A stretch of 53,103 bases of DNA from Promethearchaeota archaeon (GCA_019894885.1 JAGXNP010000001.1:1-53103), one strand, 5' to 3'; counted from the first letter of the stretch, positions 18,926 to 29,587 are shown. Notes: generated by a model not told the origin, from the sequence alone. Numbers and translations are program-made.

Positions 18926-21900
18926 GTGAAAATTATAAAAAATAAAAAAAAAATAACACCATTAATAGCAATTAGTTTATTCATATTGCTTAGCGCATTT
19001 AATATAAGTTCTGGTATAGCAATTCATATGCAAGGTGACGGAGCAACCTTTAACCTTGATAAAGCGGATCCGGTAGGATACGGTGTTTATATTCCAGCAC
19101 CAAATATGTATACTACTATGTCGATAAGTGGGTCAAATCAGGGAGAATTTGTTGCGATGGATTGGCTCGGAGGAATATTACATACAGAAACCGTAAATTA
19201 TCCAGGAGATGATGTAAGCTATATATATCCGAGGTACTTTGAAAATTATGTAATTGATAGTACGACTGACAATGACTATATTAACCCTTGGTCAGCTGAA
19301 TGGCTGAATGTAAGTGCATATGATGCAGAAAGTGATACTTTATCACCTTATACTTTGAATAGTGTGTTTGACTATCATGTCATGGCTGAAGGAAGCGAAT
19401 TAATTGTGCCATTAAATAATTCTTTACCAATGCAAATTGACATAATGATTGATAGTACAGGACCTAAAATATTAAAATTTGATTGGTTAACTGATAATCC
19501 CGCGGGCGTAATGTATGGTTATGAATTAATATCCCCATCAGGAAAAATAGTGATGACAGATTTTCAAACTGCTCAGACTGCAGTTATGGCTTCAATTAGT
19601 GTGTTTAATTATATTGCATTTGTAGCTAATAACATTGGTACATATAGATTATTGGTAACTGCTTCTTATACTCAACCTGCTTATTTAAATTTGAAATTTT
19701 TACAGACTTCCATAACTACCTTGCCTTTAGAAAAATTGACCTTTGGAGGAAATAGTGATGAAAATCCTACTGCACAAGAGATGTGGGATATAGAATGGCA
19801 ATCCAACTGGTTCAAGATTAATGGGAAAAAAGGAGATCTCTATAGATTAGATTTAGGATTAGATTTTAGCGCTATTGCTCCCATGATAGATGCATGGTTG
19901 CCATGTGAAAATAACTATATTTTAGATTCTAGTATTACACCGGGAGTTTACGATCTTTACTTCCCTAACAGTGGTGCTGCATATATTTCTTTCAACGACG
20001 CGACATATGGTATATGGTATAGATATTCGTTATACTTGAGTGAAATTGAAGTTTTAAATTATGATATTGGGGATAGTACAACCAATATAAGAATATCAAG
20101 GGACCAAAGGAAAGCTATAGATTTTACAATAGAGCAGGATTCGTTTGTAAGATTCAACTATACTGAATGGGGCGATGGAAATGCTCAAGTATCTTCAATG
20201 GGAACAACTAACGGTTTTATTTTTAAAGATGCTAAAAAACTTGCCTGTTATGAAGTTTTAAGTCCTCTTGAAACTAAATCAGAAGGTACTATGAATTTCT
20301 ACTACTATTATTTCCCTGCGGGGGAATATGAAGCAAAAATTATCAATGGAAATCCACTTTATGACAGTGTACTACAAATTAGTTCTGAATATGTATCTGA
20401 CGCGAACTCAACAATTCCAATAACTAGTTTATCATATCCTTTAACTAATCCAACATCATCTGTAACTGCTCAATTTGAACCTGATGAATTCTATACTAGT
20501 CTTAAACAGGGTCAATGGTTTGATATTAATATCGCAGAAACCGGTCAATATAGATTTAATTGGTCAATATTTGCTTCTGATAATTTAGCACAAATTCCCA
20601 CTATAGCAAACCCATCGGTTGTTCTTGTGTATAATGGTTCCACAGGAGAATATTACGATTATACTACAAGGTCACATACTTATCTTCAATCGTTCCCTGC
20701 TCTTGATACTCCAAATGATTTTCTCTACATTGCATATCCAAGTAAATGGCATGATATGCACTTTAATATAACCCAATTAGGGACACTTGGTGGCGTAGAT
20801 TCTGGAGTAGATGTCTGGGATGGCGATAGTTGGGATGAATTAGCACAAACATCTGATACTACTGGTGAATTTCAAACTGCTAATGGATCATGGGTTATGA
20901 ATATTTATGGTGACGCTGATTTTGGAGATTGGACAAAAGGCGTAGGAACTACATTCGATCGCAACGGTATTGATGAGGAAATGTATTATTGGTTGAGATT
21001 TGACTGCGATAATGCTTATTCGACTATACCTTATATTGATTTAATAAGTTTATCAAATATAACGATGCGCGGAGATGTAAATTTTGCTCTAGTGAGGGAT
21101 AGCGGGTATGAATATTGTGATTTCTGGACGCCAACTGCTCCATCTAGTATTACGGATATTCTTATAAACCAAGAATCGGGATGGGACTTATTTAGTAATG
21201 AACAATGGCTTTTTGGCGCTACAAGTGATCCCTACATTATAGGATTAGAAGAAGGTAACTATAAGTTATTGGTAATTCCTGAACAATGGTCACATCCAGG
21301 ATCATTAAATATTAGATTTGCTATTGAGGACTATTGGGGATATCATGTTGAGCAATCCCATACAATCGATCAGAATCCTGTTGCCCATTCATGGCAAATC
21401 GGAAATATGGTCAATGTAGGTGATTCAATTTTATATAACTACTCAACTTATCCTTATGATTTAAGTCTTACTTATAACGACACTGAAGTAAGTTGGACAC
21501 TGGGAGGTGAAGCATATATTGCTGTTAAATGCTCTGGAACGCCATATAGTTGGACACAATTAGTCGTTGAAAGTGTAAATATTACTAACTATGAACTTTA
21601 TATATTGCAAGACCTTCCATGGATTAATAATAACGGTCCATACTTAGAAACAAGGTTGATAGATAGTAATATAGGGGATAATAATACTATTGAATTTGGC
21701 GTAATAAGAGACAATTTTACTTTACTCTTTGAAATTCTAGGTGACGGAAGTCCAAACGAAATGGTTACATTAAATATAGGGATAAGACAATATAACACCA
21801 CAGCATTGTATGCCAGTGAAATCACTGCAACATCCACTCCTCCTGGACCAGATCTAGGTCCACTTATATTAACTTTATTGATTGCAATACCCGCAGGTGC

Positions 21901-21967
21901 AGGAGCCGTCGTTGTTGTTTATGTCTTGAAGAAGAAGGGAAAAATTTTAACAAAACATCCAACTTAA
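18926..21967 (+). CDS. Large secreted/surface protein (1013 aa) with an N-terminal signal anchor and a C-terminal TM anchor
   Basis: N-terminus KKKITPLIAISLFILLSAF. The C-terminus is PPGPDLGPLILTLLIAIPAGAGAVVVVYVLKKKGK. It has many N-x-S/T sequons, and I recognised no enzymatic motif. GTG start. Confidence 0.7.
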   Translation: MKIIKNKKKITPLIAISLFILLSAFNISSGIAIHMQGDGATFNLDKADPVGYGVYIPAPNMYTTMSISGSNQGEFVAMDWLGGILHTETVNYPGDDVSYIYPRYFENYVIDSTTDNDYINPWSAEWLNVSAYDAESDTLSPYTLNSVFDYHVMAEGSELIVPLNNSLPMQIDIMIDSTGPKILKFDWLTDNPAGVMYGYELISPSGKIVMTDFQTAQTAVMASISVFNYIAFVANNIGTYRLLVTASYTQPAYLNLKFLQTSITTLPLEKLTFGGNSDENPTAQEMWDIEWQSNWFKINGKKGDLYRLDLGLDFSAIAPMIDAWLPCENNYILDSSITPGVYDLYFPNSGAAYISFNDATYGIWYRYSLYLSEIEVLNYDIGDSTTNIRISRDQRKAIDFTIEQDSFVRFNYTEWGDGNAQVSSMGTTNGFIFKDAKKLACYEVLSPLETKSEGTMNFYYYYFPAGEYEAKIINGNPLYDSVLQISSEYVSDANSTIPITSLSYPLTNPTSSVTAQFEPDEFYTSLKQGQWFDINIAETGQYRFNWSIFASDNLAQIPTIANPSVVLVYNGSTGEYYDYTTRSHTYLQSFPALDTPNDFLYIAYPSKWHDMHFNITQLGTLGGVDSGVDVWDGDSWDELAQTSDTTGEFQTANGSWVMNIYGDADFGDWTKGVGTTFDRNGIDEEMYYWLRFDCDNAYSTIPYIDLISLSNITMRGDVNFALVRDSGYEYCDFWTPTAPSSITDILINQESGWDLFSNEQWLFGATSDPYIIGLEEGNYKLLVIPEQWSHPGSLNIRFAIEDYWGYHVEQSHTIDQNPVAHSWQIGNMVNVGDSILYNYSTYPYDLSLTYNDTEVSWTLGGEAYIAVKCSGTPYSWTQLVVESVNITNYELYILQDLPWINNNGPYLETRLIDSNIGDNNTIEFGVIRDNFTLLFEILGDGSPNEMVTLNIGIRQYNTTALYASEITATSTPPGPDLGPLILTLLIAIPAGAGAVVVVYVLKKKGKILTKHPT

Positions 21968-21980
21968 ATTAATTAATTAA

Positions 21981-21992
21981 TTTTTTTTTTTT
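21981..21992 (+). terminator. Oligo-T (T12) tract, a likely archaeal intrinsic terminator for the surface-protein gene
   Basis: A run of 12 T starts 14 nt after the stop codon. Archaeal RNA polymerase terminates at oligo-T. Confidence 0.4.
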
Positions 21993-22106
21993 GTTTTATA
22001 AAAAACTGAGCTTATTTCCACAAGAATAGTGTTAAACAATTTTAAAATACTAAAACTAGCTGCCCCGAAGATAATTAGAGCAAGAGCAAAGAGTTAACTT
22101 GTTTTT

Positions 22107-22877
22107 TCAAAAATAATTTTTCAACCAATTTACAGTTTCTCTAATAAAAATCTCAAGATGTTTCTCTTTAAAATCGTGAGTTGCGCCTTGAACTTCTACT
22201 AACTTATGATTATCATCCTGGGGCATCAAATTAAATGCTTTCTTAGTCAATTCTAAAGGAACACTTTCGTCCAAAGTACCTTGGATTATAAGTGTTGGGA
22301 GATTTAGTTTCTTCAAAGCAGTTCTTACTCGAAATTTAGCAACCTCCATCATAAAACTCATATCAATTATAATAGGTTCATAATCTCCGGATGTTGGAAT
22401 TTCTACGGGACCCTTAGCTATATCCTTAAACCAATCAGCGTGGTCTTCTGTTGTGTGAAGCAAGAAAAAGGGAGCCCAAAATACATAAGTTATGATTCCA
22501 GATAACCTTGCTTTTAATAGGGTCTGACCGCCAAAAGAAAGGCCCAATACAGCAATTCTTGAATATTTTTGATTTTTGACCCAATCACAGACATTTTCTA
22601 GATCATTGGCTTGTTTAGTTAAATTTATCGGTTCTCTTTTATTTTCTCCAGAACCAGAAAAATCAAAAATAAGGACATCATAGCCTTCTTTATTTAAAGC
22701 TTTAGCTGTTTCAGGAAAGCGCCCCCACTCGTACTTATCACCACTAAAACCATGACACATGATTAAAATTGGAGGTTTATGTAAAATATTATCTTCTGAA
22801 GCGATATATAAAACTCCATGAAGTTTATTACCAGTAGCAGAAGAGATTATAACTCTTTTTTCTTCCATTTTTCTCAC
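22107..22877 (-). CDS. Alpha/beta-fold hydrolase (dienelactone hydrolase / BAAT-like)
   Basis: Nucleophile elbow GLSFGG, and C-terminal GTLDESVP and GATHDF (Asp/His). Confidence 0.8.
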   Translation of the reverse strand: MRKMEEKRVIISSATGNKLHGVLYIASEDNILHKPPILIMCHGFSGDKYEWGRFPETAKALNKEGYDVLIFDFSGSGENKREPINLTKQANDLENVCDWVKNQKYSRIAVLGLSFGGQTLLKARLSGIITYVFWAPFFLLHTTEDHADWFKDIAKGPVEIPTSGDYEPIIIDMSFMMEVAKFRVRTALKKLNLPTLIIQGTLDESVPLELTKKAFNLMPQDDNHKLVEVQGATHDFKEKHLEIFIRETVNWLKNYF

Positions 22878-23036
22878 TTACTTTAGTATTTAACATATTA
22901 GAAGTAAGATTTCTAAAGTAGAATTGTTTTTAAAATTTTTTTATCAAGATTAATTAAATTATGTTTTCTAATTTTGGTGAAGAAGAAATCTTAAATAAAA
23001 CTGAATCCTTGTTAAACTAAATAAATAATAAGTATA

Positions 23037-23885
23037 ATGTGTTTAGAAATGACAGAACAATATGCTGATGTTAATGGAGTCAAATTATGCTATGAAGTCT
23101 TTGGAGAGGGCTACCCCTTATTTTTAATTCATGGATTTGGAGCGAAAAAAGAAAATTGGATTGCTCAAGTACCCGATTTATCAAAACATTTTAAAGTCAT
23201 AAGATTTGATAATCGTGGATCAGGAAAGTCAGATAGACCTGATGGAAAATATACAATGGAAGTTTTTGCAGATGATATCAACAGTCTTATGGAGCATCTT
23301 GGAATTGAAAAAGCAAATATAGCAGGTTGGAGCCTCGGTGGAATGATCGTGCAGAATTTCGTTTTGAAGTATCCTGAAAGAGTAAATAAAATAATATTAA
23401 TTAACACTAATCATGGCTTCCCTGACGAGAGTGGCCCAGAAGTATATAAAAATATGCGACTAAATGAATTAGAAATGAAAAAAGAGGATTTTGCTAAAGC
23501 ATGGTGGTCGGGAACCCGTACAAGCTTTCATCTGAAATTTAGGAAACAGATGGAAGCAGCCCCTTCAAAAATGTGGTATGGTGTATGGTCCGCAGAAGAA
23601 TTAATAAAAGAGAGTGCAATCAACCCCCCTACAGCTAAAGACATTAATATGCAAGCTGAAGCATTAAAAACCCACAACACATTTGATAGATTAGATACCA
23701 TAAAAAATCCAACGCTAATACTTACTGCTTCTCACGATAGGTTAATTCCAAAAATATCAATGGAACAGATTCACGAAAAATTACCTAATAGTACAATAGT
23801 GGTTATGGAAAAAGCGGGTCATAGCAGCCCTCTCTCGAAAGCCCCTGAAGTAAATCAGACAATAATTAATTTCCTAAACGATTAA
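23037..23885 (+). CDS. Alpha/beta-fold hydrolase
   Basis: HGFGA oxyanion region, nucleophile elbow GWSLGG, and C-terminal AGHSSPL. Confidence 0.85.
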   Translation: MCLEMTEQYADVNGVKLCYEVFGEGYPLFLIHGFGAKKENWIAQVPDLSKHFKVIRFDNRGSGKSDRPDGKYTMEVFADDINSLMEHLGIEKANIAGWSLGGMIVQNFVLKYPERVNKIILINTNHGFPDESGPEVYKNMRLNELEMKKEDFAKAWWSGTRTSFHLKFRKQMEAAPSKMWYGVWSAEELIKESAINPPTAKDINMQAEALKTHNTFDRLDTIKNPTLILTASHDRLIPKISMEQIHEKLPNSTIVVMEKAGHSSPLSKAPEVNQTIINFLND

Positions 23886-23909
23886 AACCCATACTTCTTC
23901 TTATTTTTT

Positions 23910-25130
23910 TTAAGAATGATTTAATGTATTCTTTGAATGATTATATTTCTTTTTCTCTATTTTCCTCATAGACATAAGAAGTGCTGGTAATGCGATTAAT
24001 GAAACTACTATCCCTAACCAGTACGGTGGGAGTGTATCAAGTATAAAGGGTCCAATAAGGGGTCCTAATATCTGAGCTACGCTATCCAATGCAGAAGAAA
24101 GTCCATTAATTTTGCCTTGTTCTTGAGGAGATGCTGTTTGAGTAATTTTACTATTCATAGGACCCCGGGTTAAGGAGGCTGCAAAGCTAATAAACATAAA
24201 AATTATTATGACGGTGACTACATCTGTAGAAAACCCTATTAGAAAAAAGCTTACGAAAAATATAGCTAATCCTAATCGAATAGCATTACTTTCCCCAAGC
24301 TTCTTTATTGTGGGCTTAAAAAGTGTAAATCTCACTCCAGCCCGAAATATGCCAGAAATCATAAATAAAAAGGACAATTCAAGTGGTTGGAGATGCAGAA
24401 CGCTAGCGCTAAAAAAGGATATAGAAGTCATAATGATTGTGAATGAAATTGTGTGAAAAGCCCAGAGAACTAACATGAAAAGAGCGTTTTTATTTTGTGT
24501 TATTTTAAGTGAAATCTCAAGTTTTTCTTTATGGCTTTGAGCTCTATCTTCTTTAGTCCAGGTTTCCTCCAACATGATTAAAGTAACTATAATCGTTATA
24601 ACTGTTAATCCCGCTGCAAATAAACCAGGTCCTAAAAGCCCGAAAAATGTGAAGAAAAATCCACCGATGGCTGGGCCGATTAATGAAGCTAAAACATGCG
24701 CAATTCCTACATTAGCCATTTGAATACCCCGATCTTTTGGTGGGACTTTATCGCTAATAATAGCTTTGGCAATAGGAAAATTACCTCCAAACATACCGTC
24801 AATCATACGTGCAATAACTAACATCCATAAATTACCTGAAAAAGCGGTTAAAATAAAAGCAAAAAGGGTTCCTAATTGAGAAATTAATAAAAGTGGCTTT
24901 CTTCCATATTTATCACTGAGTTTTGCTAAAATAGGACCAAACACAAAACCAAACATAGCATTAACAGAAAAGATTAAACCAATAATTGTTTGCGAAGTAT
25001 TGAAAACCTCGCTAAAATATCCTACCATTGGAAAAAGGATTGTGAAACCTAAAACATCTATAAAAATCGCAATCCATAAAGGTGCTAACATTCGGTATTT
25101 GAATACTTTTCTGTTGTTGTTCTCATTCAT
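23910..25130 (-). CDS. MFS transporter (DHA1-like)
   Basis: About 12 TM segments. MFS motif A is LSDKYGRKPLLL. Confidence 0.85.
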   Translation of the reverse strand: MNENNNRKVFKYRMLAPLWIAIFIDVLGFTILFPMVGYFSEVFNTSQTIIGLIFSVNAMFGFVFGPILAKLSDKYGRKPLLLISQLGTLFAFILTAFSGNLWMLVIARMIDGMFGGNFPIAKAIISDKVPPKDRGIQMANVGIAHVLASLIGPAIGGFFFTFFGLLGPGLFAAGLTVITIIVTLIMLEETWTKEDRAQSHKEKLEISLKITQNKNALFMLVLWAFHTISFTIIMTSISFFSASVLHLQPLELSFLFMISGIFRAGVRFTLFKPTIKKLGESNAIRLGLAIFFVSFFLIGFSTDVVTVIIIFMFISFAASLTRGPMNSKITQTASPQEQGKINGLSSALDSVAQILGPLIGPFILDTLPPYWLGIVVSLIALPALLMSMRKIEKKKYNHSKNTLNHS

Positions 25131-25450
25131 AAAATAATAACCCTAAACAATTTACGAGAAGAATAAGATAAGATTAAACTAAAATTCCCTAAACTTAACG
25201 AATAAAATAAATTAAGACTATTAAACTATACTAAAAAACAGTTTGAGCATGATTTGTATAGAAATAATTTTACTTGACGTGTTTATACATATGCGAATAT
25301 TCAATTTCAATAATTTTATATGTTAATACCAGATGTTCTATTTAGAAATTTTAAAATTATAATACTATTATTTTGATTAGCAAAGAGAATGGATTTTCAT
25401 AATTCGTAAGAGTTGTCTTATTTTTAAATTAATAAAAAAAATCGTAATTA

Positions 25451-26581
25451 ATGATGTCTGAAACTTTTGAGAACTTTATGATCTTCGGACTAGAAAGTAC
25501 CGGAGAAAAAGTAAGGTTAGATATTTCTGAAGATACCTTTCGGTTGAATAACGGTCAAAAGGTATTAGATTCTAACCAAGTGTTAATAATTGTCAAGGAG
25601 GGGATAAGGAGAATCTACATCTGGAAAGGCGTTAATTCACATGTCAGGAAAAAATTTATAGCCTCTCGGATTGCTGCTGAATTACAAAACGATTTGGTTG
25701 TTGCTGGGCATTTTCATCGGTGCAAAATTATCTCAGTAGACCAAGGAGACGAACCTAACGATTTCTTAAGGGCTTTCGGTTTTACGACAGTTGAATTACC
25801 CGGGCTTCTTGATCGTAATTCACAAGAGTTCAAACAAATTCATTCTATATCTGAAAAAACGGCACCAGAATTAGATGGAAAGAAAGTTCATAGTTGGAAC
25901 GGCCCTCCTCCTTCTTTAAAAGGAAATATAGCTTCTCCAACCATTACTCAACCTACGACGAAAATAAAAAAAGAAGAACTTAAAAAGTCAATTAAACCCT
26001 TCAAAACTGACGAAATGGAAATAATTGAGAAAATAGTTAAAAATAATGTTCCAGTCGATCTAAAAAGACAAAACTTAATCTTAGGTAACTTTCAGATTTT
26101 TGGTGCTGCGATTAAAAAGGCTAAAATATTTGGCAAAGAAGTAGAAGAAGTCAAATGGGAACCAGTGAACTCGCTACCAGAAGGAATAATTGAACTGACT
26201 GATCGCACTCTAAGAATATATATCGATGATACCTCTAAAACTATTGAAGGAATAGAAATTCTCCAAAAACTCGATACTCCTCCAGTTATAGAACCATTGG
26301 TTGAAAAGGACGAAGAAGTAGACTACAATGCTTGGACTGTTAAACAACTAAAAATTTATTGCCAAGAGAACAATATAATAGTGCCTGCATCTTACAGAAA
26401 AGCACAAATTGTAAGTCTCATTAAAAACGGTCCATCCCAAGAATCTATTGAACCAGAATCTAATTATAAGACTTGGACAGTAACGCAACTGAAAGAATAC
26501 TGTAAAAAAAACGATATCAAAGTGATTTCTACATACAGAAAAGCAGATCTACTTAAATTGGTAGAAGAACATCAAAAATAG
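25451..26581 (+). CDS. Gelsolin-fold domain protein with a Pro-rich linker, an uncharacterised middle domain and two C-terminal HeH/SAP-like repeats
   Basis: Residues about 35-110 (VLIIVKEGIRRIYIWKGVNSHVRKKFIASRIAAEL...VDQGDEPNDFLRAFG) follow the gelsolin repeat core pattern. There are two 36-aa repeats, YNAWTVKQLKIYCQENNIIVPASYRKAQIVSLIKNG and YKTWTVTQLKEYCKKNDIKVISTYRKADLLKLVEEH. Confidence 0.7.
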   Translation: MMSETFENFMIFGLESTGEKVRLDISEDTFRLNNGQKVLDSNQVLIIVKEGIRRIYIWKGVNSHVRKKFIASRIAAELQNDLVVAGHFHRCKIISVDQGDEPNDFLRAFGFTTVELPGLLDRNSQEFKQIHSISEKTAPELDGKKVHSWNGPPPSLKGNIASPTITQPTTKIKKEELKKSIKPFKTDEMEIIEKIVKNNVPVDLKRQNLILGNFQIFGAAIKKAKIFGKEVEEVKWEPVNSLPEGIIELTDRTLRIYIDDTSKTIEGIEILQKLDTPPVIEPLVEKDEEVDYNAWTVKQLKIYCQENNIIVPASYRKAQIVSLIKNGPSQESIEPESNYKTWTVTQLKEYCKKNDIKVISTYRKADLLKLVEEHQK

Positions 26582-26620
26582 AAAGAAGTAATAAATAAAA
26601 AAATACTAAATAACATTTAC

Positions 26621-29587
26621 TTAATCCTGAGAAGCGTAGAAATCGTCGAAATTCTCTTGTAATTGATCTATGTATAGTTTTCTCTTTCCAGGAATAACTT
26701 TTTTTGTAAGTATTTTTGCTTTCGTGTAGCAGGTGATTGCTTCTTCGAGCATTCCTAAGTGTTTATAGGACAGAGCTAATTTTAGAAAGGTGTGAAAGGC
26801 GAACCAACCTCTTGGGTTGGCTTCTAAAGCTTGGTTAAATTTCTCGATAGCACCTTTATAATTTTTTGAGTTCATCAATACTTCTCCGTATGTATCATAC
26901 AGGTTAGCGTCGAGAGGATCGAGTTCGATGGCTTTTTCAATTGTCTCAAACGCTTCATCGTATTTTCCGATATTACTCAATGAAATTGATCTATTGTTTA
27001 ATAACCCTGGAGAATCCGGATAAAGGTCTAAGGCTTCGTTAAGAGTCTTGAGCACTTCTAAATCTTTACCCATTTTACAATATGTAAATCCTTTCAGTTG
27101 ATATAACGACTTACGCACCTGTGGAAATTTTTTCATCATCTCATCGATTAAGGCCATTACTTCGCTTCTCATATTATCGTTCGTGAGATATAAGTGAATT
27201 TTTGTAGCATAGTAATCGAAGTGGTCAGGGCTTAATTCAATTGCTTTTTCAATTTCAATTAAAGCCGCTTCAGTTCCATCTGTCTCATTTAAAATATAAC
27301 TATACAGTTGATAATACCTAGACAATTGTTTTTCACTCAGCCCCATTGATATCGCCTTCTCAAATTCCTCAACAAAGAGCTCTTTGTCTACTTTACTCGC
27401 ATCAAAATTATATACAATGTTAAATCCGTGAACTAATCCAGTAATAATATGAGAAATTGGGTGATTTGCGTAATGAAATTTTACTTTGTTGACGATGTCT
27501 AAGGCTTTCTCGAATTTTCCTTGTGCTAAATACGAGAAAGATAGTACCAAATACGCTGCCGTATCAACGCGTGGGTTATGTTTGAGTAAATTGAATTCCA
27601 CTACTTGTTTAATCCAATTTTTACCCTCTTTATAATCATTTGTGATCGAGTATAATAGAGCTTTCATTACAGAGAGTTCTAAGTCCTTAGGATTTGTTTC
27701 AATTAGAGAATTAATAAGTTCCATTGGTTCGTCAATTTTTTTTACACAGCACTCTTTATCTGTTAGGATGCACAGGAATTTAGTTCGTTGGAGCAAAAAA
27801 TGATCAGGATATTCAGCTAATGCTTCTTCAACAACGCCTAAAGCTTTATCGTGATCCAGATTGATTAGTATTTGTGCTTTTTGAGCAATAAGCGACACAT
27901 CGTAAGTCTTGCTTAACCCTGATTCGATGACTTCTAACGCTCTATTGAGTTTGCCCATATAGAAATAGGTTATTGATTGAAATAAATAACCAATATATTC
28001 ATTAGGGTGTTTTTTGATAATTTCTTCTGTAAGTTCTAGCGAATCCTCTAATTCCCCGTTGTAAGTGTAAAATAAATCTTTTAGAAGCAATAACTCGATA
28101 TCGCTTAAATTCTTTAGATGCTCTGTAAGCAAGTCGTTTACTTTAGATAGTTTACCTTTCGCTAATTTACGTTCAATGTTCGTTAAGAATTCTAAATTCA
28201 TAGGAAAATATGTCTTTTTGAACTGAGATGTTCTAATAAAGTTAATTTTAGTAAAATAGAATATGTCCAAGGTATCGAAAATTCTGTTGTGTAAGAAATA
28301 ATACGCCTCGCTATCGGCTGATTTATTCATCGTACTTGCCGTTTCAGAGGTATCAAAACTTTGAATTACTTCGAATACATTTTGAAAGGCGATCCCCTTT
28401 ATTTTATCTGTATGGTTGATCAAACTCTTCTCGCTCTCAAATTTATATGCCAAATGCTCGATATACTCAGGAATGAACTTTCTTAGAGCTGGTTTCAAAT
28501 CATCGTGAAACAAATTACTACACATATCGCTCGTTATATCTTCAAGTAACTCGTTGATATCTGGTATGTGATATTGAACGCCACTCGCTTTCTGGAATTT
28601 ACTCAAATAAGTAAACTTCCTAATGTAATCCTCGATAATTACATTGAGCATTTTCTCTAAACGCTCTTCTGCCTGAATATAGTAGGTGTATTTATCGCTT
28701 GCATTTAATTTAAAGAAATGTATCGGATATATGTTATCCTCAACGATCTTCTCGATAAAGAAGTTAAGTGTAGTTAGCTTTATATCATATTCTAAAGCAA
28801 AATCTTTAGCAGTAATGTATTTAGGGTATTGATCCGGGTGATTAATAGCGAGATAAAGCAAAATTTTATCAAAATCCACCTCGTCGGATAAGGTGCTTTC
28901 AACTTTAGTATAATCCAACCTAAGCACAATGTTCAAAAATCTGTATTTAATCCCATCATCATCGATATTATAATCGTTAAAAAACTTCGATACTTTGTCT
29001 GTTATTACCTCAACCCTTTTACTCTCTTCGTCTAATATCGACTGGCGGTCCAAATCGTATTTTTTTAATATATTGAAATATTCTAATTCACCTGAATTAG
29101 TAATTTGATATTCACGGTTATCTTTTTCAACGAAATTTTTATCTAACAAAAGATTCAAATTTTTTGATAATGAAGATTGATTGATATTAAGTGGATCCTC
29201 AAGAAAATCGGACCATTTACAATGGTGGTTATTATATAACATCCAAAGAATCCAATCATCGTAATTTCTCTTATTTGTAATCGTCTCAGGTGGGTAGTTC
29301 AATGTTTTTTCTAGCGCATCTTTAACTTGAATTTCAGCATACTGTTGACGACCTTCAGGAGTAATTTTGTATTCGCCCTTCTTCTCCTTCTCAATAAATC
29401 CATTACTAATTAAGAGGGTAAGATATTTCGACAAAGTTGCGTTACTTATGTTTACAGGATCCGAATTAAAATCAGACCATGAACAATGGTTGTTATTATA
29501 GAGCATCCAGAGTATAATATGCTCAAAATCTTTGTTGATTTTCATAGGGGTAATTATACCTTCAGGTGGAAATTTTACTATACTCAT
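26621..29587 (-). CDS. 988-aa protein with two tandem N-terminal winged-helix-like modules, an unknown central region and a long C-terminal TPR array
   Basis: Duplicated module ILWMLYNN(N/H)HC(S/K)WSDF...LSK(Y/N)L.LL....F(I/V)EK...Y.IT..G at about 29072-29518. The C-terminal half is full of 34-aa TPR-like units (for example YDEAFETIEKAIELDPLDANLYDTYGEVLMNSKNYKGAIEKFNQALEANP). No Walker A motif was seen. Confidence 0.8.
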   Translation of the reverse strand: MSIVKFPPEGIITPMKINKDFEHIILWMLYNNNHCSWSDFNSDPVNISNATLSKYLTLLISNGFIEKEKKGEYKITPEGRQQYAEIQVKDALEKTLNYPPETITNKRNYDDWILWMLYNNHHCKWSDFLEDPLNINQSSLSKNLNLLLDKNFVEKDNREYQITNSGELEYFNILKKYDLDRQSILDEESKRVEVITDKVSKFFNDYNIDDDGIKYRFLNIVLRLDYTKVESTLSDEVDFDKILLYLAINHPDQYPKYITAKDFALEYDIKLTTLNFFIEKIVEDNIYPIHFFKLNASDKYTYYIQAEERLEKMLNVIIEDYIRKFTYLSKFQKASGVQYHIPDINELLEDITSDMCSNLFHDDLKPALRKFIPEYIEHLAYKFESEKSLINHTDKIKGIAFQNVFEVIQSFDTSETASTMNKSADSEAYYFLHNRIFDTLDIFYFTKINFIRTSQFKKTYFPMNLEFLTNIERKLAKGKLSKVNDLLTEHLKNLSDIELLLLKDLFYTYNGELEDSLELTEEIIKKHPNEYIGYLFQSITYFYMGKLNRALEVIESGLSKTYDVSLIAQKAQILINLDHDKALGVVEEALAEYPDHFLLQRTKFLCILTDKECCVKKIDEPMELINSLIETNPKDLELSVMKALLYSITNDYKEGKNWIKQVVEFNLLKHNPRVDTAAYLVLSFSYLAQGKFEKALDIVNKVKFHYANHPISHIITGLVHGFNIVYNFDASKVDKELFVEEFEKAISMGLSEKQLSRYYQLYSYILNETDGTEAALIEIEKAIELSPDHFDYYATKIHLYLTNDNMRSEVMALIDEMMKKFPQVRKSLYQLKGFTYCKMGKDLEVLKTLNEALDLYPDSPGLLNNRSISLSNIGKYDEAFETIEKAIELDPLDANLYDTYGEVLMNSKNYKGAIEKFNQALEANPRGWFAFHTFLKLALSYKHLGMLEEAITCYTKAKILTKKVIPGKRKLYIDQLQENFDDFYASQD

